Of a stretch of DNA of 64,000 nt, positions 18,055 through 26,298 are shown piece by piece. The translations under genes and the position numbers were made by a program. Location: positions 64,001-128,000 of the forward strand of contig JBGPFC010000006.1 in assembly GCA_041483195.1 (NCBI GenBank), given 5' to 3'. The notes under the pieces were generated by a model, which ran no database searches, was not told the origin of the DNA, and was given only the letters and a program-made list of their open reading frames with translations. This stretch comes from Candidatus Eiseniibacteriota bacterium (GTDB lineage: Bacteria > Eisenbacteria > RBG-16-71-46). Position 1 is the first letter of the stretch; each line of letters begins with the position of its first letter.

Positions 18055-21000
18055 CTCACGATCACGATCTTCCGTTCAGCGTGAAACCGGAGCGACGGCA
18101 CCGAGGCGCGCACGAAGTACATCCCCGGCACGAGCGGTGAGCGGCGCGGGCTGGTCGCGTCCCAGCGCCAGCTCACCACGCCGAGATCGGTGGGCGTCGC
18201 CCCCTCCAGCAGATCCGCCATCTTCCTGCCCTGCACGTCGTAAACGCCGACCGAAAGGTCGGCGGGGGCGTTCCCGCCGGGGCTGGCCGGGAGCGCGAGC
18301 GCGAGGGTGAGGCTCCCACCGATCGGGAGCGGAATCGGCCACGCCGAGATGCCGGCCGCGGGCGCCGGAAGTCGCGAACGCCCGAGCTCGCTCTCCTCGC
18401 CGAGACCGTTGACCGCGACCAGCACGTAGGTCGCGCCGCGCTCGGTTTCTGCGGCCTGCGCGCGGTTCGCGGTGATCAACGGCGCGCCGATGCGATCCAC
18501 CGTCGCGCCGTCGCGCCCGATTCGGTAGAGGCGATAGCCGGCGAGGCCGGATGCCCCCGCCGCCGGATCCGTCGACCACGCGAGCGCGACGCCCTGCGGC
18601 CCCGGAGTCACGGAAAAATCGAGCAGCGCGATGGTCGCGCGGATCGAGATCAACGAGTCGCTCAGGGCCGCGCCCGGGACCGCCGCGTTCGCCGGAGCGA
18701 TGCGCACCCGCAGGGAGTCGCCGGCGGCGCGCGGCACGCGGATCGCGATCGCGTTGCTGTCGGCTCCGCCCACGGCGTGCGCGACCATGCGCCAGCTCGC
18801 ACCATCGTCGCTTCCCAGCCAGACGTCGGCGGGCTCGGCGCCCAGCCAGCGAATGGTCTGCGAACCGCCCACATCCCAGCGCTCCGCGGAGCGCTGGCTC
18901 AGGAGCACGTAGCGGTGGGCGTCGTAGACGAGCGTCGCGCCCGCGTCCGTCGCGCCGCGGTCCGCGAACGGAGCGCCGACGATCGCGTCGTCGAATCCGT
19001 CGCCGCCGAGATCGCCGGGACCGCCGATGCTCCAGCCGAGGCGGTCGCCGGGCCGGGCCCCGCTCCACGTGAGATCCGCGCGCGTCCCGGGCACCAGCGC
19101 GCCAAGATGCACATCGACCCGGCCCGCGTCCGCGCCCCCCGCCCCGCTGAATGGCGCGCCGACCGCGAAATCGGCGAACCCGTCACGGTTGAGATCTCCG
19201 AGTCCCGCGAGGGCGAGCCCGAAGAATTCACCACGCCCCGCACCGGTCAGGACCAGATCGGCGCCGTAGTTGAGCCTGACCCCGCCATCGAAGAGGTAGA
19301 CCCGGCCGCTCTCGGCACCGCGCGCGCCACTGAACGGCGCGCCCACCAGCACGTCCTCGAGGCCATCGCCGTTCACGTCGCCCGCGATCGCCACCGTGGT
19401 GCCGAACTGATCGGAGGCCGACTCACCGGTCAGCACCAGTCCAGGGTTGTTCGAGGGCTCCGATGCTCCCGTGAACACGTAGGCCCGCCCGGCGTCGATC
19501 GCGGGCGTGTCGTTGCCCGGCGCGCCAACGACGAAGTCGGAGAATCGATCGCCGTTCAGATCGCCGCCGCCCGCGAGCGATGCGCCGAAGTGGTCGCCGG
19601 GCCTGACGCCAGACCAATCGAGGTCCTCATTCGCATCGGGGGTCGGTCCGCCCTCGAAGAGATACACCCGGCCGGCCCCTGCGCCGTTCGCGTCGTCGAA
19701 CGGAGCACCCACGATCAGGTCGTCGTATCCATCACCGTTCAAGTCGCCCGCTCGCGACACCGACGCGCCGAATTGCGCGCCCGCCGAGGGGCCCACCAGC
19801 GTGAGATCCGGCGCGCCGTCGGGCTCCGGCCCGCCGAAGAATACGAAGGCCCGCCCGGCCTCCGCGCCACCCGCCGCGTCGCCGGGCGAGCCGACGATCA
19901 CGTCCGCGAAGCCATCGTGGTTGATGTCGCCCGCCGCCGCGAGGCTGATTCCGAGCGGGGCGCCGGCGGCCGGCACGTCGAGCCACACGGGCGCGCGGGG
20001 CGCGGGGCCGCCGAACATGACGCGCGCGCGGTCGGGAACCGCGCCGGGAGAGTCCCCGCCCCGCGAGCCCACCAGGTAGTCGGGGAAGCCATCACGATTC
20101 ACGTCGCCGGCCCGCGCCGACGCGAGCCCGACCTCCTCGCCCGCGCTGGATCCGCGCGCGCCGTCGCGCGCGAGCACCACGGCACGCCCGTGAATCACGG
20201 GTGTCGCGATGCGGAAATCTCCGGCGCTCTGGCCCGAGAGCATGCGCAGCGCCGGCTGCCCGGCCGGGCTCACCCGCACGCGGGCGGCGAGGGTCGCGGC
20301 GTGGGGCGTCACGATCGGGAGCGCGTTGACCTCGGCGCCGCCCACGCCGTTCGCGAGGGTCGCCCACGTCACGCCGCCGTCGGTCGAGAGCGCGACATCG
20401 GCGGGCCCGTCGCCCCGCCACCGGATGGTGTCGGGTTCGTCCGCGATCCAGGTCTCGTCCCCGTTTGGCGCGACGACTCGAAGGTGCTTGACGGCGTACA
20501 CGTAGGCGCGGCCGCTATTGAGCGCGCCGGCGTCACTTCCCTGCGCGCCCACGATCAGGTCGGGCAGACCGTCCCCATCGAAATCACCCGCCGCCGCGAC
20601 CCCGACCCCGTAGTTGTCGTTCGCACGATCGCCGTTCAACACGAGGCCGGGCTTGCCGTCGGCCTGCGGGCGCCCGAAGAAGACGTAGGCGCGTCCCGCT
20701 TCGCTCCCCGGGCGATCGTTGCGAAACGCCCCTACGATCACGTCGCCGAATCCATCCAGGTTCACGTCACCCGCCCCGGCAAACGAGTACCCGAACTCGT
20801 CTCCCGCCGCCTCTCCCCTCAAGATGAGATCGGGGCTGGCGTGCGGACTCGAGCCCCCGAAGTACAGGAAGACGGCGCCGGCATTCGACCCGGCGACGTC
20901 GTTGTACCGGCCGCCCACCAGCAGGTCGGCGTGTCCATCGCCGTTCCAGTCGCCGGCCGGCGCGATCCACTCGCCGAATCGGTCGCCCGGCGATCCCCGC

Positions 21001-23885
21001 AGCGCGAGGTCGGGGCTGCTGTCGCGCCGGGGTCCGCCGAAGTACACGTACACCTGACCCAGGTCGCTCGTGTCGAAGCCCGGCGCTCCGACCGCCACGT
21101 CGTCGTACCCGTCACCATTCAAATCGCCGGCGGATGCGACGCACTCTCCGAAATCGATTGCGTCCGCCGGGCCGGCCAATTCCCAATCGGGGTTCGCGTC
21201 CAGCTGCGGCCCGCCGAAAAAAACACGCACCGTCTTGGGCTCGGTGCTGGCCAGCGTGTTTCCCACGACGAAGTCGGGGTAGCCGTCGGCGTTCACGTCG
21301 CCGGCGCTCGAGACCGAACGCCCCATGGCCACGCGAGACGCGGTGCCGTTGACCCACAGGTCCGGCAGCGGGTCGGGCGTCGCGCCTCCGAAGAACACGA
21401 TCGCCCGGCCGAAGAACTGCCCGGTATGCACGGCGTAGTTGGGCGCGCCGACGATCACGTCGTCGTAGCCGTCGCCATTCAGGTCGCCGGCGGCGGCGAC
21501 CGAGACTCCGAGTGATGCGCCGCTGATGTAGGTCTGGAGCACGAGCGGGGGAGTATTTCCGGCGGCGGGACCGCCGAAGAAGATCCTCGCCTCGCCCACG
21601 TCGATGCCCGATGCGAGATCGTACTTCGGCGCTCCGACGATGACGTCGCCATAGCCGTCGCGGTTGAAGTCGCCCGCCGAGGAGACGCTGAACCCGAAGG
21701 ACGCTCCGGGACCCGAGTGGATGGGCGAGATCAGGGTGCGCATCGAGACCGTCGTGCCGGGCAGCGGCTCGAGCACGTGGAAGCTCCCGTCGCTCGCGTC
21801 GAAGGATCCGGGCCGCGCCGGCTCACCGGTCGCGCTCACACGCACGCGGGCGTTCGAGGCGCTCAACTGCGGCACCGCGATCGACTCCGCGTTCTCGCCG
21901 GCGCCGCCGACGTTGGTCACGAGCGTGGTCCAGGTAACGCCGTCATCGAACGAGATGGCGATGTCCGCGCGCGTGGCGCCCCGCCAGCGCACGGTGTCCC
22001 GCTCTCCCCCGATCCACATCTCCCCACCGTTCGGCGCAACGAGCCGGTAGCGCACGATGCGAAACCGGCTCTCGCTCGAGTCCGAGGCGAACGGAGAGGG
22101 CGGAAGTTGCTCGGCACGAACGCGTACCCGCGCGCTGTCGGTGGGGGCCGCTGACGCCACGACCGCGAGCGCGTTGTCGCCGCTTCCCCCGGCGCCATGC
22201 GCGAGCGTCGTCCAGCTGCGGCCGTCGTCGGCCGAGAGGCTCACCTCGGCCGGAAGGCGCCCGTGCCATCGCACCGTCTCGGTCGCGCCCATCACCCATG
22301 CTTCGCCGCCGTTCGGCGCGGTCAGATCGAAGGCGGCGATCTGGAACGGTTCGCTCACGCTCAGGTTGCGCCTGCTTGCCGGCTGGCCGCTGAGGCTCAC
22401 GCGCACGCGGGCCTGATCCGCAACGCTGTCCGGCGCGACCAACGTCATCGAGCCCGGAGCGGGTGGGACCGCCTCGGCCAGCGTGCGCCACGTGACGCCT
22501 CCGTCCGGCGAGAGCGCGACGTCGACCGGGCCGACGGCCTGCCACGAGATGGTCTGTGGGTCTCCCGCGAACCAGCGCTCGCCCCCGTTCGGCTCGGTCA
22601 CCTTCACCCGATCCACCTCGACCAGGTACACCCGGCCATTCGCGTTCGCGGTGCCGGGGCGTCCCGGGCACCCGAACAACAGCTCTCCGCCGTCGACGCC
22701 GTTGATCCGGCGGGCGCCCGCCGCGGCTACGGTCGAATACCGATCGGGCACCGGGGGAACGAACAACAGGTCGGAGCCCGCATCGAGCGTGCTCCCCCCC
22801 AGAAACAGCACCGCTTCCCCGGTGGCGGTGGAGGTGACGACATCCGCGAACCCGTCGTCATCGACGTCGGCGGCCGCGGCCACGATGCGACCGATGGGAA
22901 ATGCGAAGTCGCGGTTCGTGTCGAACGCGGCGCTTCCCAGATAGAGTTGGGCCTGGTTGTCACCGTACTCCGTGGCGATGAGATCGTCGTACCCGTCGCC
23001 GTTCACGTCTCCGGCGCGGGCGACCGAGTAGCCGAGCCCCGCGTACGGGATGGATCCGGTCATGACGTAGTCGGCGGCCGCATCCATGCCCGGCCCGCCT
23101 CGATAGATGTACACGCGCCCGCTGCGCAACAGGACTCCGGAAGCGTCGGGCTCACCGACCATGACATCCACGAATCCATCGTGGTTCACGTCACCCGCGC
23201 CGCACGACGAGAAGCCGAATTTCCCGTTCGCGAACGAGCCCGTGAGCACCAGGTCGGGGACGGCGTCCGGCACCGCCCCGCCGAAGAAGATGTAGGCGTG
23301 ACCCATCTGGACGGAATCGGTGGGTGCGCCGACGATCACGTCGTCGTACCCGTCGCCGTTCACGTCGCCGATCCCCGCGACCGAGGTTCCAAACCCTTCA
23401 CCCGAGCGAAACGGACCGAGTACCAGGTCGGCGATCGAGTCGGGATGGGCGCCGCCGAAGTAGATCCGCGCGCGTCCGGAGGCCGCGGCGAATGGACTCT
23501 CCGCCGGGGATCCCACGATCAGATCGTCGATCCCGTCGCCGTTGAAATCACCCGCCCACGCCAGCGACTGTCCAAACGCGGCGCGCGCGGCCCCGGGCAC
23601 GAGGCGCAGGTCGGCGATCGTGTAGAGCGGCGCTCCCCCGAAATAGAGATAGGCGATTCCGCCGCCGGAGCCGCCGGGCGCGGTGGGCGCGCCCACCACG
23701 AGATCGGGCCGGCCGTCGCCGTTGAAATCTCCGCCGGCGGCGATCGCGGCGCCGAAGCGGTCGCCGGTCAGCACGCCGGACAACGCGCGCACGATGCGCC
23801 ACGGCACGCCGGCCGCGCGGGAGGCGGACGGCGCGGCCAACGCCAGGATTACGGCGAGACTCGCCGCGGTGACGCTCGGACGCAT
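18051..23885 (-). CDS. Large secreted FG-GAP repeat protein, paralog of 8453-14323
   Basis: Same domain order: three 7-repeat blocks (one blade degenerate), PNGGE spacers, CTD VYDVQGRK..WD..PGMYFVRA..RKIVIVR. Alternative start GTG 23894. Confidence 0.9.
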   Translation of the reverse strand: MRPSVTAASLAVILALAAPSASRAAGVPWRIVRALSGVLTGDRFGAAIAAGGDFNGDGRPDLVVGAPTAPGGSGGGIAYLYFGGAPLYTIADLRLVPGAARAAFGQSLAWAGDFNGDGIDDLIVGSPAESPFAAASGRARIYFGGAHPDSIADLVLGPFRSGEGFGTSVAGIGDVNGDGYDDVIVGAPTDSVQMGHAYIFFGGAVPDAVPDLVLTGSFANGKFGFSSCGAGDVNHDGFVDVMVGEPDASGVLLRSGRVYIYRGGPGMDAAADYVMTGSIPYAGLGYSVARAGDVNGDGYDDLIATEYGDNQAQLYLGSAAFDTNRDFAFPIGRIVAAAADVDDDGFADVVTSTATGEAVLFLGGSTLDAGSDLLFVPPVPDRYSTVAAAGARRINGVDGGELLFGCPGRPGTANANGRVYLVEVDRVKVTEPNGGERWFAGDPQTISWQAVGPVDVALSPDGGVTWRTLAEAVPPAPGSMTLVAPDSVADQARVRVSLSGQPASRRNLSVSEPFQIAAFDLTAPNGGEAWVMGATETVRWHGRLPAEVSLSADDGRSWTTLAHGAGGSGDNALAVVASAAPTDSARVRVRAEQLPPSPFASDSSESRFRIVRYRLVAPNGGEMWIGGERDTVRWRGATRADIAISFDDGVTWTTLVTNVGGAGENAESIAVPQLSASNARVRVSATGEPARPGSFDASDGSFHVLEPLPGTTVSMRTLISPIHSGPGASFGFSVSSAGDFNRDGYGDVIVGAPKYDLASGIDVGEARIFFGGPAAGNTPPLVLQTYISGASLGVSVAAAGDLNGDGYDDVIVGAPNYAVHTGQFFGRAIVFFGGATPDPLPDLWVNGTASRVAMGRSVSSAGDVNADGYPDFVVGNTLASTEPKTVRVFFGGPQLDANPDWELAGPADAIDFGECVASAGDLNGDGYDDVAVGAPGFDTSDLGQVYVYFGGPRRDSSPDLALRGSPGDRFGEWIAPAGDWNGDGHADLLVGGRYNDVAGSNAGAVFLYFGGSSPHASPDLILRGEAAGDEFGYSFAGAGDVNLDGFGDVIVGAFRNDRPGSEAGRAYVFFGRPQADGKPGLVLNGDRANDNYGVGVAAAGDFDGDGLPDLIVGAQGSDAGALNSGRAYVYAVKHLRVVAPNGDETWIADEPDTIRWRGDGPADVALSTDGGVTWATLANGVGGAEVNALPIVTPHAATLAARVRVSPAGQPALRMLSGQSAGDFRIATPVIHGRAVVLARDGARGSSAGEEVGLASARAGDVNRDGFPDYLVGSRGGDSPGAVPDRARVMFGGPAPRAPVWLDVPAAGAPLGISLAAAGDINHDGFADVIVGSPGDAAGGAEAGRAFVFFGGPEPDGAPDLTLVGPSAGAQFGASVSRAGDLNGDGYDDLIVGAPFDDANGAGAGRVYLFEGGPTPDANEDLDWSGVRPGDHFGASLAGGGDLNGDRFSDFVVGAPGNDTPAIDAGRAYVFTGASEPSNNPGLVLTGESASDQFGTTVAIAGDVNGDGLEDVLVGAPFSGARGAESGRVYLFDGGVRLNYGADLVLTGAGRGEFFGLALAGLGDLNRDGFADFAVGAPFSGAGGADAGRVDVHLGALVPGTRADLTWSGARPGDRLGWSIGGPGDLGGDGFDDAIVGAPFADRGATDAGATLVYDAHRYVLLSQRSAERWDVGGSQTIRWLGAEPADVWLGSDDGASWRMVAHAVGGADSNAIAIRVPRAAGDSLRVRIAPANAAVPGAALSDSLISIRATIALLDFSVTPGPQGVALAWSTDPAAGASGLAGYRLYRIGRDGATVDRIGAPLITANRAQAAETERGATYVLVAVNGLGEESELGRSRLPAPAAGISAWPIPLPIGGSLTLALALPASPGGNAPADLSVGVYDVQGRKMADLLEGATPTDLGVVSWRWDATSPRRSPLVPGMYFVRASVPSLRFHAERKIVIVR

Positions 23886-23966
23886 GGCGACCACCGGCCT
23901 ACGATCCAGGTTATGGGAACGACCGCTCGTCCGCTGGGGGATGGCCCGGTCGCACGCGGCCCCATG

Positions 23967-23995
23967 ACGTTAGGCAGCGGACCGGCGCGGGTCAA
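23967..23995 (-). promoter_or_regulatory. Sigma70-type promoter for the FG-GAP/S8 operon
   Basis: TTGACC (23995-23990) - 17 nt - TAACGT (23972-23967). Confidence 0.65.
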
Positions 23996-24053
23996 GCCCT
24001 GCGTGGGTCGTCGAACCGGGTCGTGTTCCCCGTGGCTCCCGCGCTTTCGGGCG

Positions 24054-24584
24054 CTACGCCCCGCGCGCCGCGGCGCGCGATCGCGGCGCGCTCAGCTCGA
24101 ACGCGACGTGTCCCGACTCGTGCGCGAGCAATCGCCGCTTGAGATCGAGGCCCCACGCGTAGCCGGTGAGTGTTCCGCCGGCGCCCACCACGCGATGGCA
24201 TGGCACCACGATCGCCGCGCGGTTCGCGGCGACCGCGGCGCCCACCGCGCGCGCGGTCGCCGCGCCTCCGAGCGCCGTGGCCAGCGTGCCGTAGGTCTCG
24301 CGAGCGCCGAAGGGAATCGCGAGCAGCCGCGACCACACGGAGCGCTCGAACTCCGTTCCGTCGAGATCGAGCGCTCCGCCGAATGGCCGCGGGTCGCCCC
24401 CCGCGTACGCGAGCAGCCACGCGCACGGCGCCTCCAGCGGCGCGCTCCGCGCGCGGCCCGCGCCGGCCTCGATCGCCGCGCCGGCCGGCGTGACCGAAAC
24501 CAGACCGCGTTCGCTGGCCGTGAGCGCGAACCGCCCGAGTGATGTGGTCACCGCCGCGCGGATCATCGAACCTCCCCTGCTCAT
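24054..24584 (-). CDS. ogt: Methylated-DNA--protein-cysteine methyltransferase
   Basis: GTEFERSVW..L.AIPFG..TYG.LA..ARAVGAA..N...VVPCHRVVG..LTGYAWG. Start 24584 (overlaps adaA stop) or 24566. Confidence 0.93.
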   Translation of the reverse strand: MSRGGSMIRAAVTTSLGRFALTASERGLVSVTPAGAAIEAGAGRARSAPLEAPCAWLLAYAGGDPRPFGGALDLDGTEFERSVWSRLLAIPFGARETYGTLATALGGAATARAVGAAVAANRAAIVVPCHRVVGAGGTLTGYAWGLDLKRRLLAHESGHVAFELSAPRSRAAARGA

Positions 24585-25267
24585 CGCTTGCCTCCCCGAT
24601 TCGCCGCGCGACGATGCGCGCGGCGTGATGCGAGCGGCGTCGCGCCGTAGCGGCGGCGAAACGCCCGCGCCATCGCGGCCGGGCTTCCGAAGCCGACCGC
24701 GTATCCGATCTCGAGCACCGAGTCCTGCGAATGCTGGAGCAGCGACAGGGCGCGCTCCGCGCGGAGGTCCGCCAGCGCCCGCATCGGAGCGCGCCCATCC
24801 GCTTCGCGCAGGTGACGCGCCAGGCTCGATGCGCTCATGTGCATCGCGCGCGCGAGCGACTCGGCATTCCATCGATCGTCGAGACGCGAGCGCATGAGCG
24901 CCAGCGCGCGATCCGCGATGCGCCGCGCCGCCTCCGCCGTTCCACCCGGGAGCTCGGGGCGGCACCGCTTGCATGGGCGGAAGCCGGCGGCCGCCGCGGC
25001 GGTCGCGGTCTTGAAGTACTCGACCCGATCGGGCCGCGGCTTGCGGCAGGTGCATGAGGGCCGGCAGAAGATCCCGGTCGAGCGCACGCCCGCGACGAAA
25101 CGTCCATCGAATCGCGCGTCGCCGCGCGCGAAGGCCGACCACATCGCCGCGCGGTCGAGCCCCGCCGGCGCGCCGGTCTGCGAAAGGTCCACGGCGGGGC
25201 GCGCGCGGGCCGCGGGCGACGCGGCCCCGCGGTGCGGCGTCGAAGCGGCCGAACGAAGCGATCTCAT
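24581..25267 (-). CDS. adaA: Ada metal-binding domain/AraC-family regulator (AdaA-like)
   Basis: DARFDGRF..GV.STGIFCRPSC and AGFRPCKRCRP zinc ligands; C-terminal AraC HTH (IGYAVGFGS..FRRRYGATP). Confidence 0.88.
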   Translation of the reverse strand: MRSLRSAASTPHRGAASPAARARPAVDLSQTGAPAGLDRAAMWSAFARGDARFDGRFVAGVRSTGIFCRPSCTCRKPRPDRVEYFKTATAAAAAGFRPCKRCRPELPGGTAEAARRIADRALALMRSRLDDRWNAESLARAMHMSASSLARHLREADGRAPMRALADLRAERALSLLQHSQDSVLEIGYAVGFGSPAAMARAFRRRYGATPLASRRAHRRAANRGGKR

Positions 25268-25352
25268 GCTGGGCACTGTAGCTCGGCCGGCCGCGCGTTT
25301 CTCGTCGAATCCGGGAAAGTTATCGGGCGGGCGCGGGCGGCACGCGACGAGG

Positions 25353-25901
25353 CTACTCTTCGATCTCCTTGATCACGACGCTGTCCACGCCGTCGATCTC
25401 GGCGAGCTTGACCCCGATCACTTCCCGCTTCGAGGTCGGCACGTTCTTGCCGACGAAGTCGGCGCGAATCGGCAGCTCGCGGTGCCCGCGGTCGATCACC
25501 ACCGCCAGCTGGATGGAACGCGGGCGCCCGAAGTCGATGAGCGCGTCCATCGCGGCGCGCACCGTGCGGCCGGTGTAGAGCACGTCGTCCACGAGCACCA
25601 CGACCTTGCCGTTGATGTCCACCGGGATCTCGGTGAGGCCCACCACCGGCTGATGGGCGACCATCGAGAGATCGTCGCGATAGAGGGTGATGTCGAGGCT
25701 TCCCTGAGAGGGCGTGACGCCCTCGAACTCCGCGATCTTCTGCGAGAGGCGCGCCGCGATCGGGACGCCGCGGCGCCGGATTCCGACCAGCACCAGATCC
25801 TTCACGCCCTTGTTGCGCTCGACGATCTCGTGCGCGATGCGGGTCACGATGCGCCGAAGGCCGTCGGCCTCGACGATCTCGGCTTTTTCGCGGAGGGCCA
25901 T
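25353..25901 (-). CDS. pyrR: Bifunctional pyrimidine regulatory protein/uracil phosphoribosyltransferase
   Basis: [67 protein letters not shown] 25901 with GAGG RBS. Confidence 0.97.
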   Translation of the reverse strand: MALREKAEIVEADGLRRIVTRIAHEIVERNKGVKDLVLVGIRRRGVPIAARLSQKIAEFEGVTPSQGSLDITLYRDDLSMVAHQPVVGLTEIPVDINGKVVVLVDDVLYTGRTVRAAMDALIDFGRPRSIQLAVVIDRGHRELPIRADFVGKNVPTSKREVIGVKLAEIDGVDSVVIKEIEE

Positions 25902-25978
25902 GATTCCTCGGTCGTATTCGGAATGTTCGACGGAATCCGCGGACGGGCCGACCGGGGGGAGCCGCGCCGCTGCCTGCG

Positions 25979-26145
25979 ATTCTAGCGCGCACCTTAGCCG
26001 GATCGGCGGCGAGCCGGCAAGTGCGAGCCCCGGCGCCGCCGCCGCGAATGCCCGCTCTTCGCCTGTCACCGATCGTCCAACCGGGACCGCTCGCCCAGTT
26101 CGCGCCCACTTCGCGCTCGCGTACGCTCCCACGCGCGGCTAGAAT
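25979..26145. promoter_or_regulatory. Divergent -10 elements for pyrR (minus) and the metalloprotease (plus)
   Basis: GCTAGAATCG on both strands: TAGAAT at 25984-25979 (-) and 26140-26145 (+). No good -35 seen. Confidence 0.45.
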
Positions 26146-26298
26146 CGGGCCTCCCACGGCGCAATCCCCAGGCGCCGACTCAGGCGGCGCCGCTCGCGCG
26201 GCGGCCCGGCGCTGGAGGCCCGCATGCAGACATCGTTCGCGACCGAGCCTGGCGAGGCGGCCGCGGCCCCCGCTCACGCATTCCGCACCAGGCCTCCG

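Noticed and set aside
8423..24542. Very long plus-strand ORFs (8423-12157, 13984-17574, 18777-21515, 22197-24542) and similar ones elsewhere
   Set aside because: Antisense shadows of real minus-strand genes in high-GC DNA; Arg/Ala-rich with no recognisable motifs.
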